Positions 1 through 8,285 of a stretch of 32,000 bases of DNA are shown here, piece after piece (the stretch's first letter is position 1; each line of letters opens with the position of its first letter). The position numbers and the translations under genes are program-made. Under the pieces are notes generated by a model. It ran no database searches. It was not told where the DNA came from and saw nothing but the letters and a program-made list of their open reading frames with translations. Source of the stretch: Candidatus Saccharimonadota bacterium (GTDB taxonomy: Bacteria > Patescibacteriota > Saccharimonadia > Saccharimonadales > UBA4665); contig OY970350.1 in assembly GCA_963718045.1 (NCBI GenBank), positions 660,001 to 692,000 on the forward strand, in the 5' to 3' direction.

Positions 1-427
1 GTGTACAGGTTTTACCGACTACCTTCATTTTTATTTCACCAAAATCTACATTGCGTGTAGCCATTAGGGCTTCCAGGCTTTGGGTTATATCTCGTCTTAC
101 AGCCTCTTCACTGTTACCATCATGCTCAACAAATAGACCCTTGCCAGTTTTCTTGTCTTGCACCCAACCAATTCCCGCCCAAGCTTCAACGTTTGGCCTA
201 TCTACCCTTGATTCAGCCATGACTACATATAGTCTGTCACCCCACTTGCCTGATAGCCTGTCTAGTTTGCTGTCATCATCATGTATAACTATCTTCGTTT
301 TAGGAGGTACTACAGAACTAAGTTTTATAATGTTAAAGTTGGCGACGCCGGCTGCATTCAGAGCTGCATCAAAAGCAGATAGTTTTGTAGGACCCGTGCC
401 TAAACCGCTTGCTAAATGTATAATCAT
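1..427 (-). CDS. pdaD: pyruvoyl-dependent arginine decarboxylase, N-terminal part (C-terminus runs off the window)
   Basis: My own minus-strand translation from the ATG at 427-425 gives MIIHLASGLGTGPTKLSAFDAALNAAGVANFNIIKLSSVVPPKTKIV...WAGIGWV...GLFVEHDG. This has the PvlArgDC family pattern (TKLSAFDAAL, LSS self-cleavage motif followed by V/I-PP). An AGAAGG SD lies 11 nt upstream. It is absent from the ORF track because it is open at the window edge. Confidence 0.8.
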   Translation of the reverse strand, partial: MIIHLASGLGTGPTKLSAFDAALNAAGVANFNIIKLSSVVPPKTKIVIHDDDSKLDRLSGKWGDRLYVVMAESRVDRPNVEAWAGIGWVQDKKTGKGLFVEHDGNSEEAVRRDITQSLEALMATRNVDFGEIKMKVVGKTCT

Positions 428-451
428 ATGACTTTTTGCCTTCTTTTAGTT

Positions 452-496
452 AAAAGCACTCGCCCGTAAAGTCTCCCTTACAAAACGAGTGCTTTT
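452..496. other. perfect 11-bp inverted repeat (aaaagcactcg / cgagtgctttt) with a 23-nt loop, between the divergent pdaD and response-regulator starts
   Basis: Read directly: left arm 452-462, right arm 486-496. The GC core GCACTCG is flanked by an A-run and a T-run, so it looks like an intrinsic terminator on both strands. It sits 25 nt upstream of the pdaD ATG. Confidence 0.5.
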
Positions 497-547
497 ATTC
501 TTCTAATGTACTAAAATACAGTAGTAGAATAATATTAAACTAGTAAT

Positions 548-940
548 ATGTCAAGCATAAAAGGAACCAAGAAGATAAAGGTAGCGGTTATAGAGGATAA
601 CATCCCTATACAAGAACTCTATACATTTAAGCTGAAGCATGAGGGTTTTGAGGTTCGAGTTGCTGGAGATGGTGAAGTTGGCCTCACTATGGTCAAAAAA
701 TTCATGCCCGATTTAATACTGCTTGATCTTCTGATGCCCATCAAAAGCGGCGAGGATATGCTGGAAGATCTTCGCAAGTTTGATTGGGCTAAAGAAATAA
801 AGGTTATTATCCTAACCAACATATCTAAGGATGAAGCACCGTCTAAATTAAGATTACTTAACGTCGACAGATACATCGTTAAAGCACATTACACACCGCA
901 GCAAGTTATAGATATTGTCAGAGAAGTGATGGCCAGTTGA
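548..940 (+). CDS. stand-alone response regulator receiver domain (CheY-like)
   Basis: 130 aa. Motifs: KVAVIEDN, phospho-acceptor context DLILLDLLMP, VIILTN, conserved Lys in IVKAHYTP. No output domain. Confidence 0.85.
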   Translation: MSSIKGTKKIKVAVIEDNIPIQELYTFKLKHEGFEVRVAGDGEVGLTMVKKFMPDLILLDLLMPIKSGEDMLEDLRKFDWAKEIKVIILTNISKDEAPSKLRLLNVDRYIVKAHYTPQQVIDIVREVMAS

Positions 941-976
941 ATTGTAAATAAAGTAAAGTTGTCTTAGGATTAAATT

Positions 977-1351
977 ATGTCTAAAAATGTGAAGATAGCT
1001 ATTATTGAGGATGACCAGGCTATAAGCCAGATGTATAGGTTTAAGTTTGAGGCAGAAGGCTATCAGGTTGAAACAGCTGGAGATGGCAAGATTGGCCTTG
1101 AACTTGCCCAGTCTATGAAGCCGGATATTATACTGCTTGATCTTATGATGCCAGAGATGAATGGTGATCAGATGCTGGCTAAACTAAGAGCTACTCCCCG
1201 GGGCAAGCATATTAAGGTTATTATCCTAACCAATATGGGTGAGCAAGAGATTCCTGACTCTGTTAAAAAATTGGGTGTTAGCGGTGTTATCTTAAAAGCA
1301 GATATGACGCCAAGACAAGTTGCCGATACTGTAAAGAAGCATCTTGGGTAG
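977..1351 (+). CDS. stand-alone response regulator receiver domain (paralogue of 548..940)
   Basis: 124 aa. Motifs: KIAIIEDD, DIILLDLMMPEMNG, VIILTN, LKADMTP. It shares a 20-nt identical stretch with the upstream paralogue (800-819 = 1214-1233). Confidence 0.85.
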   Translation: MSKNVKIAIIEDDQAISQMYRFKFEAEGYQVETAGDGKIGLELAQSMKPDIILLDLMMPEMNGDQMLAKLRATPRGKHIKVIILTNMGEQEIPDSVKKLGVSGVILKADMTPRQVADTVKKHLG

Positions 1352-1384
1352 TAAAGATCTAATTAACTGGCATAATGAACTAAA

Positions 1385-2695
1385 ATGAAAATTGCTATTT
1401 TAGGTTATGGCAGCCAAGGTCAATCTGTCTATGAGTACTATAAAAATACAGATAACACTTTAACTGTTTGCGATAAAGACACAGCTACTGACCTGCCTGA
1501 AGGCGTTGACAGCCAGATCGGTGAAGCATACTTAGATGGACTGGATAAGTTTGATCTTATCTTCAGGGGTCCTGGTGTTCATCCGACTGAAATTGTAAAA
1601 GCCAATGGCAAGGCAATACTAGGTAAAGTAACCTCTAACACCAACGAGTTTTTAAGGCTCTGCCCTACAAAGAATGTTGTTGGCGTAACTGGCACAAAAG
1701 GAAAGGGAACTACTTCAACCTTAATCGCTAAAATGCTTGAAGAAAGCGGACTTAGAGTTCATCTTGGCGGCAATATTGGTACACCACCTCTCGATTTACT
1801 GGCTGAAGATATTAAAGAAGAGGACTGGGTAGTTCTAGAACTCGCTAATTACCAGTTAATTGATCTTAAATATTCAATCCATATTGCTGTTTGTTTAATG
1901 GTCGAGCCGGAACACTTAGATTGGCATGCTGATGAAAATGAATACTATGAGGCTAAGGCTAAGTTATTTGAATGTCAGACTAAGGATGATCTGGCCACAT
2001 ATTATGGCCTTAACGCTAACTCTAAAAGGATTGCTTCTGCCTCGCCTGGTAAATTAATACCATACTTTGAGTCACCAGGAGCTTTAGTTGACGGTCCAAA
2101 TATTGTTGTTGACGGCACGCCGGTTATTAGGACTTCCGAGATAAAACTAATTGGCAAGCATAATCTGCAAAATGTCTGTGCCGCTGTTACAGCTGTCTGG
2201 CAAATAAATCAGGATACTGAGCCAATAGCTGACGTTTTAAGAGAATTCAGCGGACTGCCTTTTAGGCTGGAAATTATTAGGGAAGTTAAGGGTGTTAAAT
2301 ATGTAGATGATTCATTTGCTTCAGCGCCACCAGCCTCTGTTGCTGCGATTGAAGCCATTAAAGGACCGAAGATTTTAATATTAGGCGGTAAGGATAGGGG
2401 CCTTGATCTTAAAGATTTAGTGAAGGCAATATCTGGTAATGCTAAAGACATTAAAAAGATATTAATTATTGGTAATTCAAGCGAAAGACTGGCTAAGGCA
2501 TTATCTGGGGTTAACTTTACTAACTATGAAGTGCTTGGTTCGTCTAAATCAATGAAAGAGATAGTCGATATGGCAAGCAAAACAGCCAGCGCTTCGGACA
2601 GCGTTATTCTCTCCCCTGGTTTCCCCAGTTTCGATATGTTTAAGAACTTTGAAGACCGGGGACTTAAGTTTAATGATGCGGTAGATAATCTATGA
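1385..2695 (+). CDS. murD: UDP-N-acetylmuramoyl-L-alanine--glutamate ligase (MurD family)
   Basis: 436 aa. It has an N-terminal Rossmann-like KIAILGYGSQG, a Mur-ligase P-loop GVTGTKGKGTTS, HNLQNVCAAV, PFRLE...GVKYVDDS and ILILGGKDRGLD, in the order and length typical of MurD. The DDSFASAPPAS segment diverges from the usual NDSKATN. Confidence 0.8.
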   Translation: MKIAILGYGSQGQSVYEYYKNTDNTLTVCDKDTATDLPEGVDSQIGEAYLDGLDKFDLIFRGPGVHPTEIVKANGKAILGKVTSNTNEFLRLCPTKNVVGVTGTKGKGTTSTLIAKMLEESGLRVHLGGNIGTPPLDLLAEDIKEEDWVVLELANYQLIDLKYSIHIAVCLMVEPEHLDWHADENEYYEAKAKLFECQTKDDLATYYGLNANSKRIASASPGKLIPYFESPGALVDGPNIVVDGTPVIRTSEIKLIGKHNLQNVCAAVTAVWQINQDTEPIADVLREFSGLPFRLEIIREVKGVKYVDDSFASAPPASVAAIEAIKGPKILILGGKDRGLDLKDLVKAISGNAKDIKKILIIGNSSERLAKALSGVNFTNYEVLGSSKSMKEIVDMASKTASASDSVILSPGFPSFDMFKNFEDRGLKFNDAVDNL

Positions 2696-3993
2696 ACACC
2701 AATAAGACGTTTATTTTTAAGTATTACATCTTTGATGAAACGTTAAAGACACTCGAACTTAGGTATGGCTATCCTGACGGCCAGGAATTCAGCGAAAACT
2801 ACTACTTTGATTTTACATTCGCCGACTATGACAATGAGCAGCTAAACAGGGCTTTTGAAAACCTGCTGATACTCGCCGGTGTTTCATATTTTAAAGCTTA
2901 TGCCCCTAAGAACATCGAGCTGTCACTGGGCAATCTAACGGAAGATGAAGCAGCTTTTTATAGCCAAACGTATGAAAAAGGTTTGGGTGAGTTTTGGTAT
3001 GTTAACGGGCTTGATCCAAAGAGTAAAGTTAACTTCCCTATCAGTTCTAAGCATAAGGATGTGCTTGCTGGTGGTAAACATGAGGGCATGGTAGTCGGCA
3101 TTGGCGGCGGTAAGGATTCATTAGTGACGGTTGAAGCTCTCAAAAAAACAAATGTAGATTTTATGACCTGGAGTTTAAGCCATCGCCAGCAGTTAGAACC
3201 ATTGGTTAAAAAAATGGGCACTAAACACGCCTTTGTAGAAAGGATTATTGACCCTAAGTTACTCGAGCTTAATTCAATGGGAGCCTTAAACGGGCATGTG
3301 CCTATTTCAGCTATCATATCTTCAGTTGGTGTAATTGTTGCCATCTTAACAGGCAGACGTGACGTAGTTGTCAGCAACGAACAAACGGCTAACGAACCGA
3401 CTTTAGAATATAGGGGAGTTAGTATTAACCACCAGTATTCTAAGAGCCAGCAGTTTGAAAGGGATTATCAAAGATTCTTAAGAAATAGTTATGGTGAGTC
3501 TATCAGGTACTACTCGTTCTTAAGACCAATGAGCGAGCTTTATGTTGCCGAAGTATTTGCCTTAATTGGTTTCAGTAAATATAAGGGTGTGTTTAGTTCA
3601 TGCAACCGAGCCTATACTCTTCATTCAGACCATATGTTTTGGTGCGGTGAATGTCCTAAATGTGCTTTTGTCTTTATGATTTTAACGCCATTTATTGAAA
3701 GATCGGCTCTCGAGAGTTTGTGGCACGGTCAGAATCTTTTACTAGAGCCGAGTTTAGAGGAAACATATAGGCAGCTTCTTGGAATCAGTGGTAATAAGCC
3801 GCTTGATTGTGTCGGTGAAATTAAAGAAGCCAGAGCGGCCATGAAGCTCTGTTTTAAGAAGTATCCAGGTCTTAGTAAGAAATATACCTTTGACCTTCCG
3901 GCTAGCTATGACTACCGAACACTTAATACAAGTGAAATGCCGAAAGATATTAAACCGATCTTTGATAACTTTATTAAAACCTGGCAAAAATAA
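2692..3993 (+). CDS. PP-loop (adenine-nucleotide alpha-hydrolase-like) ATPase with a Cys cluster; candidate MurL-like epimerase partner of MurD
   Basis: 433 aa. The start overlaps the murD stop (ATGA at 2692-2695). It carries a PP-loop-like motif VVGIGGGKDSLVT (consensus SGGxDS) and a Cys cluster SSCN...WCGECPKC. The functional call is inference. Confidence 0.45.
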   Translation: MNTNKTFIFKYYIFDETLKTLELRYGYPDGQEFSENYYFDFTFADYDNEQLNRAFENLLILAGVSYFKAYAPKNIELSLGNLTEDEAAFYSQTYEKGLGEFWYVNGLDPKSKVNFPISSKHKDVLAGGKHEGMVVGIGGGKDSLVTVEALKKTNVDFMTWSLSHRQQLEPLVKKMGTKHAFVERIIDPKLLELNSMGALNGHVPISAIISSVGVIVAILTGRRDVVVSNEQTANEPTLEYRGVSINHQYSKSQQFERDYQRFLRNSYGESIRYYSFLRPMSELYVAEVFALIGFSKYKGVFSSCNRAYTLHSDHMFWCGECPKCAFVFMILTPFIERSALESLWHGQNLLLEPSLEETYRQLLGISGNKPLDCVGEIKEARAAMKLCFKKYPGLSKKYTFDLPASYDYRTLNTSEMPKDIKPIFDNFIKTWQK

Positions 3994-3996
3994 GAG

Positions 3997-4800
3997 TTAT
4001 TTCTTGCGTTTAGCAGCCGTAATAACATTTTCAAACAGGGCACAAACAGTTAGGGGGCCAACACCGCCTTTTTTAGGGGTTATTGTTAAATCTAAGCGTT
4101 CATAAAGTGAATCGTCTACGTCACCGACTGTCTTACCGTCTTCACTGGCTACACCGGCATCAACAACCACTGCCCCTTCTTTGATCATATCGGGGTATAA
4201 AATAGCCGGACTGCCGGTAGCTGTTATGATGACATCCGCTTTTAATGTTTCAGATTTTAGATCGGATGTTTCTCGGTCAGCTAGACTAACGTTGATGCCG
4301 CTATCCTTAAGCATTCTCTCTAGCGGCTGGCCGACTAGTTTACCCCGCCCTATTAGAAGAACTTCTTTGCCGATTAGATCTATGCTATAGCCGGCGAGCA
4401 GCCACATGATAGCCATAGGCGTAGCTGGTTCAAGGGTAGCTTTCCTGCCTAGGGCATCGACATCTTTACTGGAATCAACCAGGTTAACCAGTTCATCTGT
4501 TTTTTCAGGGTTTTCAATGGGCAGCTGGATTATTATGCCGTTAACTGACTCATCTTTATTCAGCTCTCTAAGTTTAGCTGGTACTTCCGCTTGAGAAATG
4601 TTATACACATCGACCATAACACCAATGTCCTGGCCATACTTCTGCTTAAGTTTAACGTAGACATTAATAACCGGATGGTCAATGGTTAGGATTATGGCTA
4701 GTTTAGGTCTTATATGATGAGTTGAATAAAGAGTATTCACCTCACTGGCCTGTCTTTTTTTAATAAACCCGGCTAGTTCTTGGCCGTTAAGTAATTTCAT
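3997..4800 (-). CDS. folD: bifunctional methylenetetrahydrofolate dehydrogenase / methenyl-THF cyclohydrolase
   Basis: 267 aa. Motifs: MKLLNGQELA..., PKLAIILT, VNGIIIQLP, LLIGRGKLVGQPL, PKKGGVGPLTVCALFENV. This is the classic FolD pattern. Confidence 0.9.
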   Translation of the reverse strand: MKLLNGQELAGFIKKRQASEVNTLYSTHHIRPKLAIILTIDHPVINVYVKLKQKYGQDIGVMVDVYNISQAEVPAKLRELNKDESVNGIIIQLPIENPEKTDELVNLVDSSKDVDALGRKATLEPATPMAIMWLLAGYSIDLIGKEVLLIGRGKLVGQPLERMLKDSGINVSLADRETSDLKSETLKADVIITATGSPAILYPDMIKEGAVVVDAGVASEDGKTVGDVDDSLYERLDLTITPKKGGVGPLTVCALFENVITAAKRKK

Positions 4801-4867
4801 GACTGTTATTATACCTGAGATGAAGTTATGGACAGTAGCTGGACTTTAAAGCTATGATGTCAAAGAG

Positions 4868-5602
4868 ATGAAACTAAGTGTCAGATGGATAGTTATAGCT
4901 GTCTTTTTTATATCTTCCCTGCTCTCAATTTCTAGTTCTGCCTTTGCCGATAACCAAACGCTCAATGATCTATCCTGGCCTAACTGCAACGAAAAGATAA
5001 CCAGCTTAAGCAGCAGCGGCATAGTAGGTATTAATGACGGATTGGATTTTAGTCACAATCCTTGTTTAGCTCAGGAAAGCCTGCTCTTCCATAACAACTA
5101 CTCATTGTATTTAAACACTGGCTATCCGGGTAAAAGTTATGCCCTTATGTTTAAGGGCAGTCCAAAACACTGCCAGATAGATAATTTAAACTGCCTGGCA
5201 TACAACTTTGGCTATAATGATGCTGTTTATTCCATGAAGTATGCCTGGAGCCAGGATAGCCATAGTTTTACCTGGTGGCTTGATGTTGAAACTGAAAACA
5301 GCTGGACGAATAGTTTTAAACAGAACCGAGAGGCTTTAATCGGCATGACTAATGCCATTCATAAATATGCCTTTATGCCGACTATTGGCTTTTATTCCTA
5401 CCCAGGTCAATGGCAATCAATAACAAAGGACTGGATAAATTTACTGCCTGCTTGGGTTGCTACAGCATCTGATTCCAAGCAAGCAGCTGCTAATTACTGC
5501 GTTAACAGCTTTAACGGCGGACCTACATGGTTGACTCAATATACTAGATACTTAGATATGAATTATAATTGTTTGGATCTAAGTGTTAATATTTTAAGAT
5601 AA
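4868..5602 (+). CDS. secreted protein, GH25-like / DUF1906-like putative muramidase
   Basis: 244 aa. Signal peptide MKLSVRWIVIAVFFISSLLSISSSAFA|DN. Ordered motifs resemble GH25 lysozymes: DLSWPN, WWLDVETE, IGFYSYPGQW, LPAWVA, TWLTQYT...DMNY. Confidence 0.4.
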   Translation: MKLSVRWIVIAVFFISSLLSISSSAFADNQTLNDLSWPNCNEKITSLSSSGIVGINDGLDFSHNPCLAQESLLFHNNYSLYLNTGYPGKSYALMFKGSPKHCQIDNLNCLAYNFGYNDAVYSMKYAWSQDSHSFTWWLDVETENSWTNSFKQNREALIGMTNAIHKYAFMPTIGFYSYPGQWQSITKDWINLLPAWVATASDSKQAAANYCVNSFNGGPTWLTQYTRYLDMNYNCLDLSVNILR

Positions 5603-5648
5603 GTTGATCTGGTAAATAGGTCATTTTTTTGTTAGAGTAACAAATCAA

Positions 5649-5725
5649 GGGCCATTAGCTCAGCTGGTTAGAGCACCTGCCTCTTAAGCAGGGTGTCCAG
5701 GGTTCAAGTCCCTGATGGCCCTCCA
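5649..5725 (+). tRNA. tRNA-Lys (anticodon CTT), CCA encoded
   Basis: Folded by hand: acceptor GGGCCAT/ATGGCCC, D stem GCTC/GAGC, anticodon stem CCTGC/GCAGG with loop CTCTTAA, T arm CAGGG-TTCAAGT-CCCTG, discriminator T, CCA at 5723-5725. Confidence 0.9.
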
Positions 5726-5779
5726 AGCATAAGCATCATTACTTGACCATTATATCGCTAGATGTGATAGTATGTACCA

Positions 5780-6529
5780 ATGAATGAGAGGACACCTAAA
5801 GAGTTAAAATCCGAGATTGTTCCTGCCCATGAAATTAATCTAGCCCGCCTCAGTAGTGAAGAGGCTCTACGAGCTTATCTACAAGAACAAACCCATTTAT
5901 TTAGATCTAAAGTTCTAGATAAATTAGCTAAGCATGGTGTCACAGAAGGTGCAGGTTGGGCTATCTTTACCCTTACAAGTCAAGAAGAAGACGTTCTAGG
6001 AAATAGTGTTATGACATTAATGCCGGATAAAGAAGTTCTCGTGTTATACTTGCCTCATCGTAACTCAAGAACAATGGATGGTCATCCAATACCTAACATA
6101 AGGATCATTACAAACGAGCCTTACTGTTCATGTGATAGAGCAACTCAGTATCTTAGTAGAGATTTTACGCTAGATCATGAAGACGACGTTCAGTATTTTG
6201 TCGACGCACAAGATATGTATGATTTTACTGACGAGTCCAAGAAAAAACCTCTTAGTGAAGAAAATCCACCAGGAAGGAATGAAACATTAACGCCACTTTT
6301 CTGGGCTAATGAGGATGGCAACCTGTGCATTTCGAGACCGATAAGCTACTTCACTGAAGCAACGGGTATTCATCTGACAAATCCGGATGATGGCACACCG
6401 ATAGAGAGCTACCCTTTTGGCTTGTACACCTCTCCTTTTGATGTACTCTATGCTCTAGAACAAGGAGAAGAACTGTTTGCTATGATAGAACGTTTAGATC
6501 CGGTACTTATTTCATCGGATGCTCTTTGA
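5780..6529 (+). CDS. hypothetical acidic protein (no recognisable domain)
   Basis: 249-aa ORF with no competing frame. TGaTAGTAT (5765-5773) lies 6 nt upstream of the ATG. Confidence 0.55.
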   Translation: MNERTPKELKSEIVPAHEINLARLSSEEALRAYLQEQTHLFRSKVLDKLAKHGVTEGAGWAIFTLTSQEEDVLGNSVMTLMPDKEVLVLYLPHRNSRTMDGHPIPNIRIITNEPYCSCDRATQYLSRDFTLDHEDDVQYFVDAQDMYDFTDESKKKPLSEENPPGRNETLTPLFWANEDGNLCISRPISYFTEATGIHLTNPDDGTPIESYPFGLYTSPFDVLYALEQGEELFAMIERLDPVLISSDAL

Positions 6530-6591
6530 AGTTACTATCCTAGAGATTCTTACAGCTAATAGTGATCAAACCTCGGTGATATACTAACCGC

Positions 6592-7059
6592 ATGGTTAAC
6601 CTTAAGCTTAGATTGAAAACCAAAGAGTGGCTTAGAAGATATATACCAGCCGAAATACTTGGCACAGTTTTTGCCTTAATTGCCGCCTCTTTAGTTTTTA
6701 GCCATAATCATTCATATGTCCTGGCTGCTGGAGCCGGTTGGCTTGGTGAAGGCATTGGTTTTTACGGCTATTTTATATCGACTGAACTGTTCCTTAATAA
6801 CCAAAAGTACAGGAGCTATTCTTTCTTTAAACGGATAGCTACGGTTGTTGGTGTAGCCAGCACAAATTTATTTGTTGAATTTGCACCGGCTGAAGTCTTA
6901 GACAACTTCTTGATACGTCCATTTGCCATGTATCTAGTGCCTCAATATATCCATCCCTACCCGATTGGCTTTCTGGTTGGTAAGTTTGGTGCTGATTTAA
7001 TTTTCTACATGCTGGCTGTAGTCGGCTATGAAACAAGAAAAAGATGGCTTAAGAGATAG
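6592..7059 (+). CDS. hypothetical integral membrane protein (about 4 TM)
   Basis: 155 aa with hydrophobic segments (ILGTVFALIAASLVF, VLAAGAGWLGEGIGFYGYFI, etc.). TGaTATACT (6577-6585) lies 6 nt upstream of the ATG. Confidence 0.55.
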   Translation: MVNLKLRLKTKEWLRRYIPAEILGTVFALIAASLVFSHNHSYVLAAGAGWLGEGIGFYGYFISTELFLNNQKYRSYSFFKRIATVVGVASTNLFVEFAPAEVLDNFLIRPFAMYLVPQYIHPYPIGFLVGKFGADLIFYMLAVVGYETRKRWLKR

Positions 7060-8257
7060 CCGTTCGGCGACTGCCTACCGCTGAACCAGATACTTTGTAC
7101 CATCTAGGTAAGACATAGGCGGCAAGGGCAGTAGTTAGGGGGACTGCCAGAAGCAGGCTAATACTAGGTACAACTGTTCTTACTACCGCTTCAATAATAG
7201 TTTCATCGTTCAGGGTAACGGCTAGTGGCTGGCCGGTTGTATATAGAACTGTTGCTACAACTGTTGGCAGAGCCGTACCGGCATACAAAATAAAAAGAGT
7301 GTTGATTAGGGCGGCTATATGTTCGCGGCCGACTGACATGCCTTGACGGTAGATTTTAAGCGAACTAAGTTTTGGGTTAGCTTTATGGATTTCATCAACG
7401 GCAGCAGCCTGGCCTGTCGTAATATCTTCCAGTATTCCGAGTGAGGCAATGACCACGCCGCCCAGGAAAAGTCCGGTTATATTAATGTAGTGAGGCGCAT
7501 ATTGAAGTAGTGTCACAGATTGTTCTGAGTTTACTGTTTCAGTTGGATTGCCAGTTACGCCAGTCAGATAAACAGTTAAAGCGGCTAGGCCGATAACAAT
7601 ACATAAACTTAAAACTGTGCTTATATATGCTAGAGTTGTTCTTCGCCTAAAACCATGGGCAATAAATATGGTAAAGGTGGCAATCATAAATGCTCCTTCT
7701 ATGCAGGTAGCAAAAGCAGCATCACCGTGGACAATTCTCGGCAGAACAAAGATTGTTAAGATACCGATGGTGAATACTAAGCCGGCGGCAGCAGTGACTC
7801 CCCGCCAGCGGCCAATTAGAATTACTAAAGCAGCTAAGATAGCTAGGATTGTTAACGCACCTGTAATCCTATATCTATCTAAAAATGAGTATTGATCACC
7901 GTTATTTGGCTGAACGTCCAGTAAAACTGTGCTGCCGATAGGCAGTCGCTTGGAGTTTGGATCCGACGGAAAATAGCTCCGGGTGGTAGTCTCAATCTTA
8001 TTTTTGTCAAGACCTTCGAGAATTCTGACTTTAACTTGCTGGCTACCCGGTGAGTTATTAACTTCATAGACGCTAAGTACTTGGGCTTTAACAAATTGCT
8101 CCTGGGCTCCTTTTTTATAAGGGCTTAGGTTAACTAAGAAAACAGCACTGGACAATAAAATTAGACTAAGCAAGATTATGTAGACAAGCTTTTGCCACCT
8201 GTATTTACCAAGGGTTAAAAAGAGCGAATTAGGCACAAGGCCGGTCTTTATAGTCAC
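7049..8257 (-). CDS. polytopic membrane protein, YibE/F-like
   Basis: 402 aa with a GTG start. It has an N-terminal TM, a soluble approximately 90-aa segment, then about 7 TM. The motif LGILEDITTGQAAAVDEI resembles the conserved YibE/F loop. The family assignment is from memory only. Confidence 0.4.
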   Translation of the reverse strand: MTIKTGLVPNSLFLTLGKYRWQKLVYIILLSLILLSSAVFLVNLSPYKKGAQEQFVKAQVLSVYEVNNSPGSQQVKVRILEGLDKNKIETTTRSYFPSDPNSKRLPIGSTVLLDVQPNNGDQYSFLDRYRITGALTILAILAALVILIGRWRGVTAAAGLVFTIGILTIFVLPRIVHGDAAFATCIEGAFMIATFTIFIAHGFRRRTTLAYISTVLSLCIVIGLAALTVYLTGVTGNPTETVNSEQSVTLLQYAPHYINITGLFLGGVVIASLGILEDITTGQAAAVDEIHKANPKLSSLKIYRQGMSVGREHIAALINTLFILYAGTALPTVVATVLYTTGQPLAVTLNDETIIEAVVRTVVPSISLLLAVPLTTALAAYVLPRWYKVSGSAVGSRRTAIS

Positions 8258-8285
8258 CTAACAATAATATAGCTAAAGCCATGAT

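Noticed and set aside
51-431. 126-aa plus-strand ORF (TTG start), Ser/Leu-rich
   Set aside because: It lies exactly antisense to a minus-strand frame that translates into a clear PdaD (pyruvoyl arginine decarboxylase) N-terminus. It is low-complexity shadow sequence.
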